Shown here piece by piece: positions 1-9,895 of a DNA stretch of 64,000 nucleotides. This stretch comes from Pelagomonas calceolata (lineage: Eukaryota). Each line of letters begins with the position of its first letter. Within the stretch, counting starts at the first letter, position 1. The notes beneath the pieces are model-generated. The model did no database searches. It had not been told where the DNA came from and worked only from the letters and a program-made list of their open reading frames with translations. The stretch is from contig CAKKNE010000005.1 of NCBI GenBank assembly GCA_918797485.1, positions 3,844,001 to 3,908,000 of the forward strand, read 5' to 3'. Both the position numbers and the translations under genes were made by a program.

Positions 1-780
1 AGCCGCAAGGACGGGCTCGCGCGGAACGTGACCGTCGACGACGAGGCCTTCCGGCGACGGCGGGAGCGGCCGCAGGAGCTCCTCGACGCTTTGGGAAGGC
101 AGCACGCGAACCGGCACGTGGTCGGATTCAAGCTCTTCTCGAAGCATCTCGACTGGAAAAGGCTGGACACTTTCCTGGACTGGGCGACGCATCTCATCTT
201 GCTGCGAAGGGACGACGCCTTCGCGCAGTACGTGTCCATCTGCCTCGCGCAGGCGTCGAACGTCTGGGCGGCGTACCCGGGGTCGGCGAAGCACGACCAC
301 GTCGTGAGTGTGGACGCGGCGCTCTTCGACACCTGGTCCAAGCACGAAGCCGCTTTTGTGGCGACGGTCGAGCGGGCGCTGGCCAAGGCCGCCAACCCGC
401 CGGGCGTCCTCCATCTGACGTACGAGCGCGATTTGTGCGCGCCGCACGCGCGCCGGAATACCATGAGGCGCGTCGAGCGGTTCCTGGGCGTCGCCACTGG
501 CGCGAGGCCGGACGCGGCGCACCTGCCGATTAAACAACACGCGGTAGACGTCCGCGACCACGTGTCGAACTTCGAGCACGTCGCACGCGTCCTGCCCGCG
601 GCGAACGCGTCGCGGCCCTGCGTCGAGGCGCGGCGGCGCCTCGACGTGCGGCGCGACGTCGCGGGCGTGGACTGGCTGGGGTCGACGCCTCCCGAGGACC
701 CGCGGGCCAAGGCGCACGCGGCGGCGAAGGCATTTATGCGGTCGCCCCACTGCAAGGAGGGGGGACCGGGGTGGTTGTAA
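1..780 (+). CDS. Sulfotransferase-like protein (Stf0/P-loop type), 5' partial
   Basis: Frame is open from base 1. Motifs VVGFKLF, LILLRRDDAFAQYVS and LHLTYE resemble the C-terminal half of Stf0-type sulfotransferases. Confidence 0.5.
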   Translation, partial: SRKDGLARNVTVDDEAFRRRRERPQELLDALGRQHANRHVVGFKLFSKHLDWKRLDTFLDWATHLILLRRDDAFAQYVSICLAQASNVWAAYPGSAKHDHVVSVDAALFDTWSKHEAAFVATVERALAKAANPPGVLHLTYERDLCAPHARRNTMRRVERFLGVATGARPDAAHLPIKQHAVDVRDHVSNFEHVARVLPAANASRPCVEARRRLDVRRDVAGVDWLGSTPPEDPRAKAHAAAKAFMRSPHCKEGGPGWL

Positions 781-1180
781 CAGTTTTGTGAACTATGACA
801 TATCACGTCTAAGTCTAAGAAAAGCATTGGCGGCGCGCGGCCGCGTTTCGGCTTTTACCAAACCCCGGCGGTCTTGTAATCGCAGAGTGGACCCAGGCAG
901 GCATACCAAGGATCCTTACGGGTTGGAAGCGTCGGGCGGCGCGGGGCGCGTGCGGTGCGGGGCTGCCGGCATCTCGATTGACGCGATCATCGTGACGCAT
1001 AGCCGCTGAACGCACCCCTGCAGGATTAGTGGACCTTTAAAACAGCGTTTCAGAGCTCCTGACTTGCTGCAGCCGTCGGGCGTCGCAATCCGCTGAACAA
1101 AAGTTGCTCAAGAGACTGCTGGGCAGCAGGCGCCCCTCTCGGCGCGTCGCGAGCGCTAGAGGCCACAAGAACGACCAACC

Positions 1181-2179
1181 ATGCCCGCCGTGCGCCACGC
1201 CCGGCGGCGGCGCCGCCGCCTCCTGGCAGCCCTGGCCTGTACCTTGTCGAGCGCGAACGGCCTCACGATACCCGTGATAGACAAGGCCGAGAGAGCCGCG
1301 CGGGCGACGCTGGCGAAGTGGTCCCTGGAAGATGCCAAGTTAAGACGTCAAGTGCAACGAGAATTGCGCGCCGAGGCGCTGCGCGAGGAAGCGTTGCGCG
1401 AGGAAGGTGTCGTCGGCCAATCTGTGGACCCCGAGGTGTCGGGCGTCATCCAGCAGCTGTCGAGCTGGGCCGGGCGCGTGCTGGACGAGGAGGAATATAG
1501 AGCGGCGCGCATCGTCGAGTCGCAGGGGGCCGTGGTACGGCCGGCCGACGCGCCGTTGGACGTCCGAGGACCGCTCGGCGACCTCGAGGCGTCGCTGTCG
1601 AAACCGATTGAGCTAGAAGAGGCCTGGGCCAACACTCTGGACGCGCTGACGCAGCTTTTCGCATCGATCAAGCAGGAGGTCGACAGAATGATCTCCTCAG
1701 AGAATACACGTACGGAGCGGTCCCAGGCGCTAGGGGCGCGCTTGCGGCCCTTGGACGCGCCTCCTTCGTTGTTAGGAGATTTGGAGGGGTTTGTCGATGC
1801 GGTCTACCGAGAAGAGCGAGCTCGGGTCGATTCGTCAACCATTAGACCCCAGGACCTCCCCGCGAAGCGACGAGGGCCATTAGCACGAGCGGAGCGCTGG
1901 CTCACGTCGTTCCTCGCGGAAGTCGACCGCTACGAGAAGAAGCGCGCCAATATCATCAAGAAGGTCGCCAAGCGGCCGATGGAGGCCGCGCCCGAGTCAG
2001 CGGCTGGAAAGACGGAACGGTTCGTCAACGGCCTCGCACGAGGGCCCATGATGTTCCGGATCATGGTCAAGCGCGTCGTGGAATTACTCGACGCGACGGT
2101 GCTTCCCAATGAATATGATGACGACCCCGAGGCAGAAGCTGCGTTCGACGCCGCGCTGAAGCGGGGGCCGCGGCGATGA
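1181..2179 (+). CDS. Hypothetical protein with signal-peptide-like leader, helical
   Basis: 332-aa ORF with ACCATG start. Hydrophobic leader LLAALACTLSSANG is followed by charged helical sequence. Confidence 0.65.
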   Translation: MPAVRHARRRRRRLLAALACTLSSANGLTIPVIDKAERAARATLAKWSLEDAKLRRQVQRELRAEALREEALREEGVVGQSVDPEVSGVIQQLSSWAGRVLDEEEYRAARIVESQGAVVRPADAPLDVRGPLGDLEASLSKPIELEEAWANTLDALTQLFASIKQEVDRMISSENTRTERSQALGARLRPLDAPPSLLGDLEGFVDAVYREERARVDSSTIRPQDLPAKRRGPLARAERWLTSFLAEVDRYEKKRANIIKKVAKRPMEAAPESAAGKTERFVNGLARGPMMFRIMVKRVVELLDATVLPNEYDDDPEAEAAFDAALKRGPRR

Positions 2180-2392
2180 TCCCCGGGGTAACCTTCCTTT
2201 GTCTGTAGCTATTGTTTCCGACGGCGTACGTAGAGCGCCGAAGTTGTGGACAAGTCCGAGTCCGCGTCGCGCGACGGCGTTGCGAAGAAGGATATGGAAT
2301 AACTTTGAATGTTGAACAAGTTGCGCTACAAAAAAGAGTTACAACAAACACCCGAGTCGCGACGCGCCTTGCGCGACTATTGGAAGGGAGGC

Positions 2393-5300
2393 TCATGGGA
2401 AGATAGATCCCCGGACCTGATGATAGGCAGCCAGCCTCGAGGGGGCGGCCGATCGTCGCGCGGCGGTGTGATGGTCCCGAGGAAACCTCTGCCGCGCAGC
2501 GCCGCCGTCGCCTGGGTTGTCGCGCGGCAGCCCGTGCGGCTGCACCAAAGCCGGCGCGGGCGTCGAAACTAAACCGGCCGCGGGCGTCGAAGCGGGCGCC
2601 GCCACGATTCGCCGTCGCTTTCCCGGGCCCGACTCGACATGGCGCGGCGGGCCTTCAGGAGCCACGACCGTGGCGAAGTGCATCGGGCTTACCAACCGAA
2701 GAACCAGTCGCTGGTACACGTTGTAAAGCGCGTTCCAATGAATCTGAAGCCCCAGAGCCGTCGATGCGCCATCGAAAGAAGAGACGTGGCCGTGTGCACC
2801 TATCAAGCGCGACGCCGCACGTACTTCTTCCGGCGACTTCGCCTCGGCGTTCATCCTTTGCCACTCTTGATGTGCGTACGGTTCGCCACTGAAGAGAGAG
2901 TTAGATCCAGGCACCTCCAGATCGCGGTTTCCTCGCCACCGTAGATAGAGGTTCGCGGCTTCCAGCTCGGCTTCCTTGGGCTCCTCCAGCGCGATCAGCT
3001 CGCTCTCCATTGCGCTCCAGTCGTTAAGGGAAAGGATCTCGTCGTCATGGTCGTCGAGCTTGAGAAGCTCGCGCCGCAGCTCGGTCAAGGAATAGCCCGG
3101 AGCGCGCTCCAGCCTGAGCAGCTCGCGCCGCAGGTTGGTAAGGGAATAGCCCTCGTCGACGCGTGCTCGCTCCAACTCGTCCTCGGAGTCGGTCTCACAG
3201 TCGCGCGCGCTCGCTATAGCGGCATTCGCAGCGTTCGTGGCAGCCACAGTCTCGCGCTCGTGGCGCTCCAGCTCGGTATCGGACAAAGTCGCATCGTCGT
3301 CGTCGTCGTCGTCGTCGCCTTTCAGAGACCTGCCGCCGCCATCGGAAGACTGGTCGTCGTCGATGATGCGGAGTGCCCATACTCTTTTGATGATGCTCGA
3401 CGGCTGTCCATCGATCTCCAAATCCACGTCCACGTGGTCGTTGCCGAGAGTAATGACGGTGCCACGGGAGCTCGGCCAGCCCAGTAAATCAGCGTTTTCA
3501 AGTTCGACGCGCGCGCCGACAAAGAGCAGGCCGTTGCTCGCAGCAGGCCCGCCGGCCGGAGCTGGCGCCGGGGCAGGGGCGGTCGCCGGCGCGGGCACCG
3601 CCGCCGCGGCGCGCTTCGCGTCGACGCAAGCTTTCGTGAGAGCTCGAACAACATCGATGGCCCGTTGCAGCAAGTCGATCCTACCTACTCCGTAAGGTAG
3701 CGACGTCGCCGCGTCCAGCCGCGGCACGGAGCCGGCGCACCGCTTCTCCGCCTCGTCCAATGCTTTGTCGAGCTCCTCGAGAAGATCTTTCTCTTCCGCC
3801 CGCCTCCGCCGTTCGCGGGCAGCCTTCCGATCGGCTCTTTCGGACGCAGTCTCGACGATGATGCGGAGTGGCCCAAGACCCGACGCCGGCGCCCATACTC
3901 TTTTAATGATGCCCAACGGCTGGTAATCGATCTCCAACTCCACGTCCACGTGGTCGTTGCCGAGACTAACGACGGTGCCACGGGAGCCCGGCCAGCCCAG
4001 TGAATCCGCGTTCTCAACTTTGACGAGTGCGCCGACGAAGAGGAGGCCGTTGCTTGCAGCAGGCCCCGGAGCCGGCGCCGGGGCAAGGGCGCGTGATCTT
4101 GCAGCAGGCCCCGAAACTGCGGCGTCGACGTCATCATCATCGGGCGACGGCATCGGAGGCGTGTCCGGCGACGTGGCACTGATCCGTTCGAGGGCGACCA
4201 GGTCGACCCAGCCTACGAGGCGGCCGCGCTTGACGACGCAGGCGCGCGGCGTGCTGACCAATTTCCTCATCACGCCGTCCACCTCGACGCACGTCCCCAG
4301 GGCGAGGTGACCCACCTCCGTCGAGTCATCGTTCGAGGAGCTGCGGAGCTTGGCACCGGCCGGGTCGATGACCTTGTAGGAACCCCTTGTGAAGAAGGCC
4401 GGAGCCGGCGCCGGGGCAGGGGCGCGTGATGCGCAACCAGCGCCGCTCCTCGGCACACGCAACGGCTGCGGCTTACTCCTCGACGGGACGTCGACCGCGG
4501 CAGCGGAACTCGCCTCGACGAGCGCATCCACGAATTCGGTAGCCGTCTCGAAGGGCGCCGGCCCCGATTCCAGCGGGAACACCAGGTCTAGCTGCCGGCG
4601 CACGAGCTGCACCCAATCGTCAACGCAGGCGTCGACGCGCGCCTTGAGCTGGGACGGCCGGCACACGTTGCTCTTGATGGCCGCACGGAGCTCCGGCGAA
4701 AGAGTCGAGTTGCCCCCCCATTCGATGTCGCCGTCGTCCAGACAAGCGCCGACGGCGCTCTGTTGAATGTGCAGCCCTTTTACTAATCGCTCCGAGAGCT
4801 CGTCCCAGAGCGCCTCGTTGCACAGCGACAGCACGACCCAGGCCCTCTCGGAATCGTCTAACGTGAGCTCGACGGCGACGCACGCCGCGTGAGCGAACAG
4901 GGGCGGGAGCTTCTTGTAGTTCGCGCCTTCAACAGCAAATTCGATGTTATAGCTACCGTTGCTAGCACTGCTTCGCACAATCATCGAGACTGGCGAGAGC
5001 TCGTCCTGCGACGTCGTCACCGACGCCGTTATCTTGCCCTCGGTCATGGCCTTTCTAAACTCCGCGTCGAGAAGCTGACGCCCGCGCAAGGCCCCAGCGT
5101 TGTGAGTCACGCGGGCGTCGCCGCGCGCCGTCCGGTTAGCTTCGTCCCAAGTGATCAGGTCGATAGGAGAGCCCTCGCGCCGCGCGTCGTCGTAGCACTT
5201 GGCCATGGTCGCGCCGATGTCGGCTAGATCGCACTTTCTCGTCCCACCGACGCCGCCCTGGCCGACGTCGCGACTAGAGCAGAGCTCGATCGTGTCGATG

Positions 5301-7282
5301 GACATCGAGTAGCCACCTGTGTGTGGAAATCAACCAGTGAGACGGGTGCTCGGCGACGGGGCTACGACAGTAAGATCCTTTCAGTGAGGGAGACGACACA
5401 GTGAAGTTTGATTTGCGCACGGGGAGCTACCGGCGAAGTCGTAGGTGATGCGCTCGGGGACCTCGTGCCCCTCCTTAAATCGCCAGAGGTGCTTCGAGCT
5501 TGAGGTCGGCGGGATCTCCGCATCTGGAGCCGCGGCCAGAGCGCTCAACGCACGGGCGAGATCTGACTCTTCCGAAGCGTCCTGCGCCACGGCCAGGGGA
5601 GCAAAAAAATCGTCGTCATCTCCCGTGACGCCGCCCGGGGTTTGATTCGAGTTCTGCGCGTTCCCCTCGGTCGCGGCGTTGGGCTCCTCGTCGTCGGGCC
5701 CCGCGCGATCTACCGGCGGCGGCCCCACCGCTGCAGCGAGCGGGTCGGCCGAGCCCCTACACTTCGCGACGCTTTCAACCACAGCGGCAACGGCCGCGCG
5801 CAGCTGGACCGTCGCCTCAGCTAAATCTCCGCCGGGAGGTCCGCCCAGGACCTTGCACCAGTTGTAGTGGGGAACGTCCGCGGCTCCGACGGCGTCGCCT
5901 ACTACGTCGAGCCGCTTTATCCAGTCCTTGAGCGCCTGACCGCCCAGGACGGCCCGCAGCTTCTCCACGGTCTCGCCCAACACCTTCTCCAACGCCTCCA
6001 GATGCCCATCGAAGGCCTTCTGCGCCTCCCGACACTCGACCACGGGCGCCACCGCAGCGTCGTGTGCGGAGTACATCCGCAACGCCGCATCAAAATCCGA
6101 CTCTTCGTCGTTATTGTCGACGGCGACGTCGCCTAACGCGGCCCAGGCGGCGGGCACCTTCGACGCGTCCTCTTCTAGATTTAAAAAAGCGTCGCCGACG
6201 TGCCGCGCGGCCTTCGAGAGTCGCTGCAGCGCGAACACCACTTTCTCGCCGGCAATCCACCGCGCCGTCTTCGCCACGGCGACGAACTCGTCGCCGTCCT
6301 GCTCCACCGGCGGCTCGTCGCTCGGCGCCCCTCCTTCGACACGATGCCGGCCTTTGCGCTCAAGCGCGTAGACCACGCCCTTGTCGATGTCTTCGGCCAT
6401 GCGCGGGCCGCGGAAGATGAAGGCCCACTCCTCCTCCGTGTGGTCGCGCGGCCGCAGGATCAACTCGACCATCGGCACCTCGTTCAAGCGCTGGACACAG
6501 GTGCGCGTCGTGCCCAAGCTATCGAACGCACCAAATTGAACTGCTTGTCGCGTCGTCCGCACCTTCGTCTCGGAGGGGAAGCCTCGGCCACCAATAAAGC
6601 CCGGGAGGCCGAGACGCAACCGGTCGGGACCAGTTAAAAAGTCTTCCCTCGTTTTCTCGAGGAGGGCCGACGTGCCCGCGACGGCGGACAGGTTCACCCT
6701 AGCCTTTGCGGCATTTGTCACGAACATCGTCGCGCCGCCGCCGACGGTCCGGTCCTTGTTCCGATGGTGGGTCGCGATCACGATCTGCTGCGCGAGGAAC
6801 ATGTACTCGCCGCCCGGGTCGTCGCCGCCGCCGGACACGAGCTCGCGAAAGGTCTCCAAGGCAGTTCGAATGTCCGCGTCGGCGAAGGAGACCTCGCCGA
6901 GGGGGAAGACGCCCGACGCGAAGGTCCGGTTGTCCTTTTCGACATCGTCCACCTCGAGGTCCGCAAAGTCAATATACGGAAGCGATGACGCAGCTGAACA
7001 CATCACCTTCCATCTTCGACTCCCGACGGTGAAGAGAGACACGACTACTGGTCGGTGTCCCAATTCGTGCGCGCGGCGGAAGAATTCGGCCGCGCAGGGG
7101 TAGATGACCGCGACGTGGGCGTACTTGCCCTTCTCGAGTGCCAGCAGGACCTCAACAAAGTCGTACATGGGCGTGACGAGGCGCGGCGGCGGCGGCGGGG
7201 AGCAGTGGCGGCGGAGGTAGGAGGAGTTGTTGGGCTGCGTCGAGGCAGCGGCGAAGAGTCCGAGTAACGTGAAATAGCGCAT
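2393..7282 (-). CDS. Large hypothetical protein (~1591 aa), 2 exons (7282-5431, 5316-2393), with duplicated SH3/Tudor-like modules
   Basis: ORFs 5381..7282 and 2393..5305 join in frame (YDFAG|GYSMSID) if intron 5317-5430 (GT..AG) is removed. The N-terminus is signal-peptide-like. Confidence 0.6.
3375..4066. repeat. Intragenic duplication of ~176 bp (3375-3550 and 3891-4066)
   Basis: Two similar DNA copies each encode ASNGLLFVGA.V..ENAD.LGWP.SRGTV..LGNDHVDV.LEID.QP..IIKRVWA. Confidence 0.9.
5317..5430 (-). mobile_element. Introner-type spliceosomal intron (114 nt, GT-AG)
   Basis: Minus strand reads G|GTAGCTCC CCGTGCGCAAATCAA...TTGATTTCCACACACAG|GTGGCTAC. The first 8 nt match the next exon 6/8, terminal inverted repeats are present, and splicing restores the frame. 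Confidence 0.75.
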
Positions 7283-7482
7283 GTGTTCGAACGCGCGGCG
7301 TCGAGTTGCACAGGCTCGCTGGGTGTGCGCTTTTGTCAGCTAGAGGCTGCGGCGGCGGCGGTTCAGCATAAATTCAAGAAGGGCTGGCAGCGCATCATTA
7401 CGAGGATGCAGCTGTTACGCGACGCGTCTGTAATGCGCGCCGCAAGGCAACAAGTTGGCCAAGACGAGAGCCGCAAGGGCTG

Positions 7483-7505
7483 GCTAGAGCCTTACAACCG
7501 CTAGC
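7483..7505 (+). promoter_or_regulatory. Degenerate GCTAG element
   Basis: GCTAGAG-CCTTACAAC-CGCTAGC, ~200 bp upstream of the ATG at 7282. Confidence 0.55.
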
Positions 7506-7876
7506 GCGATGGCCTTATTTACCGGCCAGTTTCACGCCAAACATGCGCGGCGCCCGAGCACCCCTCGAACGACCGCTCTAGGCCGTGCCGTACCTACTCT
7601 AGCAACACAGCGGACGGGAATGCGCAAAATCGAAATCCGGGCCGCGGTGCGACGCCATTGGTGGACAGCCCCCGCACGCGCGCGCCGCGCTCGACGCGTT
7701 TACCCACCAGGAGCCTCGATATTGCTCTCCGGAGCCGCTTTGCGATTCCAGACCGCACACGGGACCGGCGTTCAAAGACGGACGCGGCCGCGGCCGCGGG
7801 ATGCCCCAGGCAATGACCCCACCCTGATGCGTCGGGGGGCGCCGGAATCCGGACAGGCGAGAGATAAAACACACAC

Positions 7877-8821
7877 TTAAAACGGCGCCGCCGGGACCCT
7901 AGATGGAGGCGCCCGAAGAGTCATCCCAAAGGCCCCGTCCGCCCGCTTGATAGGTAAAGGCGGGATCGGGTCCCGCAGCTTCGGGTGCAGCGCCATGTGC
8001 AGCGTCCGCAGCACGGCCCTACACGACGCCTCGTCGTTCTCATTTTCTGACGGGTCCGCCACCAACAAAACGGTGCCCCCGTCCCTCAGCTCGTCCTCGA
8101 TGGACTTCACCAATGATTCTCTTCTGGAGGTCCCCTCGACGACGTCGCCGAAACTCAGATTGTAGAGCTTCTTCGCGTCCGGCGGATCGTGGAAAAGAGG
8201 CGCCTCGGGCTCCTCTTCACTAGAAGAACTTTCGCGTCGGGGTTGTACAGGCCGCGGCTTCCTTATTCTAGCTTTCTCGGCCCGCTCTTCCCGACGTCGT
8301 CGCTGGCGGTACTGGCGCCGCACGACGCCCACGCTCACGGGGTCTCTTGAAAATGCTCTCGGCGTCCGCGCCTTCTCGTCGCGGAAGGACCCGAGCTTGT
8401 CGACCCAGGGGACGTCCTCGTCGGGCGGCGGCGCCGGGGTCGGTGGCTCCGGCGGCAGCTCGGGCGGCGGCGTCGGCGGCTTGGGGGTCGGCGGGTTCGA
8501 CTTCTTCTTCGCGGCTGCCCTTGCGGCTGCAGCGCGCATCGACGCCGCCGTCGTGGGCCCCGACCGCATCGACGCGGCGCTCTCCATCGAACCGCGCGTG
8601 TTCCTTCGAGACACGCTCTCGAGCTGCGACATGCGCGCGCTCAGCTCCGCGAGCGACTCGCCGGTGCCGAAGTGCGACGGCTGCGCGAGGTCCCCACACT
8701 GTGTGTCCTGGAAGTGGGAGGGCTGGTACAAGTCCCCGGGCGGGCCGTCGTCGTCCTCATCATCAGAGTCGTCGGGGCGCGGGCCGCCAGCGCGCGTCGC
8801 CGGCTGGGAGGCGAGGGACAT
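7877..8821 (-). CDS. Hypothetical Pro/Arg-rich protein
   Basis: Long ORF; first ATG at 8821 (MSLASQ). Low complexity, no family recognised. Confidence 0.6.
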   Translation of the reverse strand: MSLASQPATRAGGPRPDDSDDEDDDGPPGDLYQPSHFQDTQCGDLAQPSHFGTGESLAELSARMSQLESVSRRNTRGSMESAASMRSGPTTAASMRAAAARAAAKKKSNPPTPKPPTPPPELPPEPPTPAPPPDEDVPWVDKLGSFRDEKARTPRAFSRDPVSVGVVRRQYRQRRRREERAEKARIRKPRPVQPRRESSSSEEEPEAPLFHDPPDAKKLYNLSFGDVVEGTSRRESLVKSIEDELRDGGTVLLVADPSENENDEASCRAVLRTLHMALHPKLRDPIPPLPIKRADGAFGMTLRAPPSRVPAAPF

Positions 8822-9000
8822 CCTTCTTGGCTGTCCAGGATCTGTCCAGTGAGTGTGTTGGGGGCTGTGTGTTGGGGCTGCCCGAGAGGTTGCCAGGCAG
8901 CACAAGACAGCCTCGTCACGTGTTCTTCGACACCTTTTGTCGGGGCAGGCCACTGTTCGATTGCGCGCGGCCCCGGCGCTGGTCGCAAACTGGCATTAAT

Positions 9001-9024
9001 GCTAGCTTACTTACGCACTAGCAA
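9001..9024 (-). promoter_or_regulatory. Degenerate GCTAG element
   Basis: Minus strand TTGCTAGTG-CGTAAGTA-AGCTAGC between divergent starts 8821 and 9220. Confidence 0.45.
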
Positions 9025-9219
9025 TGCTCGGCGCTTGGCAACTTGCACAGCCCTGTGCTCCGCAGGAAGCGTCAACGCGCCGTCACCGAACGACGGAAAC
9101 GCTACGGATTAGTCCTAAGAACGAGTCCTGAGCAACAGCGATAGACTCAGACGGCGCCAGCACCCAAATCAGCTCAGACTAGTCTGACTCAACTCAAGAA
9201 AGCGCGCCGACGAAGACCG

Positions 9220-9879
9220 ATGACGCACGCTCGAGCACGAACGCTGCTCCTCGCAGCCAGCCTTGCGGCAAGCAGCGCGTTACGACTCGGCGCCCAGCGC
9301 CCGCTTGGCCGCCGCGCGGCATTCTCGAGCTTTGGCGGCGCCCTGTTGGCGCCGCAAGTGGCGCACGCGCTCGACCCTGCGAAGGACCGGCCGAACGACT
9401 CGGTGTTGCTCATCCTCCGCGTCAAGGAGGCCGCGGCCCAGGAGACGCGCCTGATCAAGTCCGGCAAATTCAAAGACCTGCAGCGGAACTCGATCAAGCT
9501 CGCCATCGCGCTCATGCTGGACAACTACCAGCTCCTGGACAACATCAACAAGGCCGCGCGCTTCGCGGGCGGGAGCCGGAGCCAGGAGGCCTACTCGGTC
9601 GGGCAGGGCGCCGTCGAGGCGCTGCAGTCCGTGCTCGAGTACTTTGATAGCTCGAGCTCGTCGCTCAAGGTGGACACCATCTCCTCCGAGAAGCAGGCGT
9701 TCGTCGTGCGCGCCCTCGACGTCGCGTCGCAGCGCCTCGACCAGTTCCTCGCCTACCTGCCGCCGGAGCAGGTCGCGACGGCCGTGGCCTTCATCGACTA
9801 CGAGAACGAGCTGAACCTGCGCGAATACGCGCAGGCGAACCCGGGCCAGGGCACGTATCTGAACCCGAAGCCGACGTAA
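9220..9879 (+). CDS. Putative plastid thylakoid-lumen protein (helical, loosely PsbQ-like)
   Basis: Signal peptide (LLLAASLAASSA), short transit peptide, then a twin-arginine leader GRRAAF...QVAHA. Strong GC3 bias. Confidence 0.6.
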   Translation: MTHARARTLLLAASLAASSALRLGAQRPLGRRAAFSSFGGALLAPQVAHALDPAKDRPNDSVLLILRVKEAAAQETRLIKSGKFKDLQRNSIKLAIALMLDNYQLLDNINKAARFAGGSRSQEAYSVGQGAVEALQSVLEYFDSSSSSLKVDTISSEKQAFVVRALDVASQRLDQFLAYLPPEQVATAVAFIDYENELNLREYAQANPGQGTYLNPKPT

Positions 9880-9895
9880 GACTTTTACACACAAG

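Noticed and set aside
5317..5420. GT donor at 5420 (GTGCGC) for the first intron
   Set aside because: It gives the wrong phase and a stop after about 14 codons. The donor at 5430 restores the frame and fits the 8-nt duplication.
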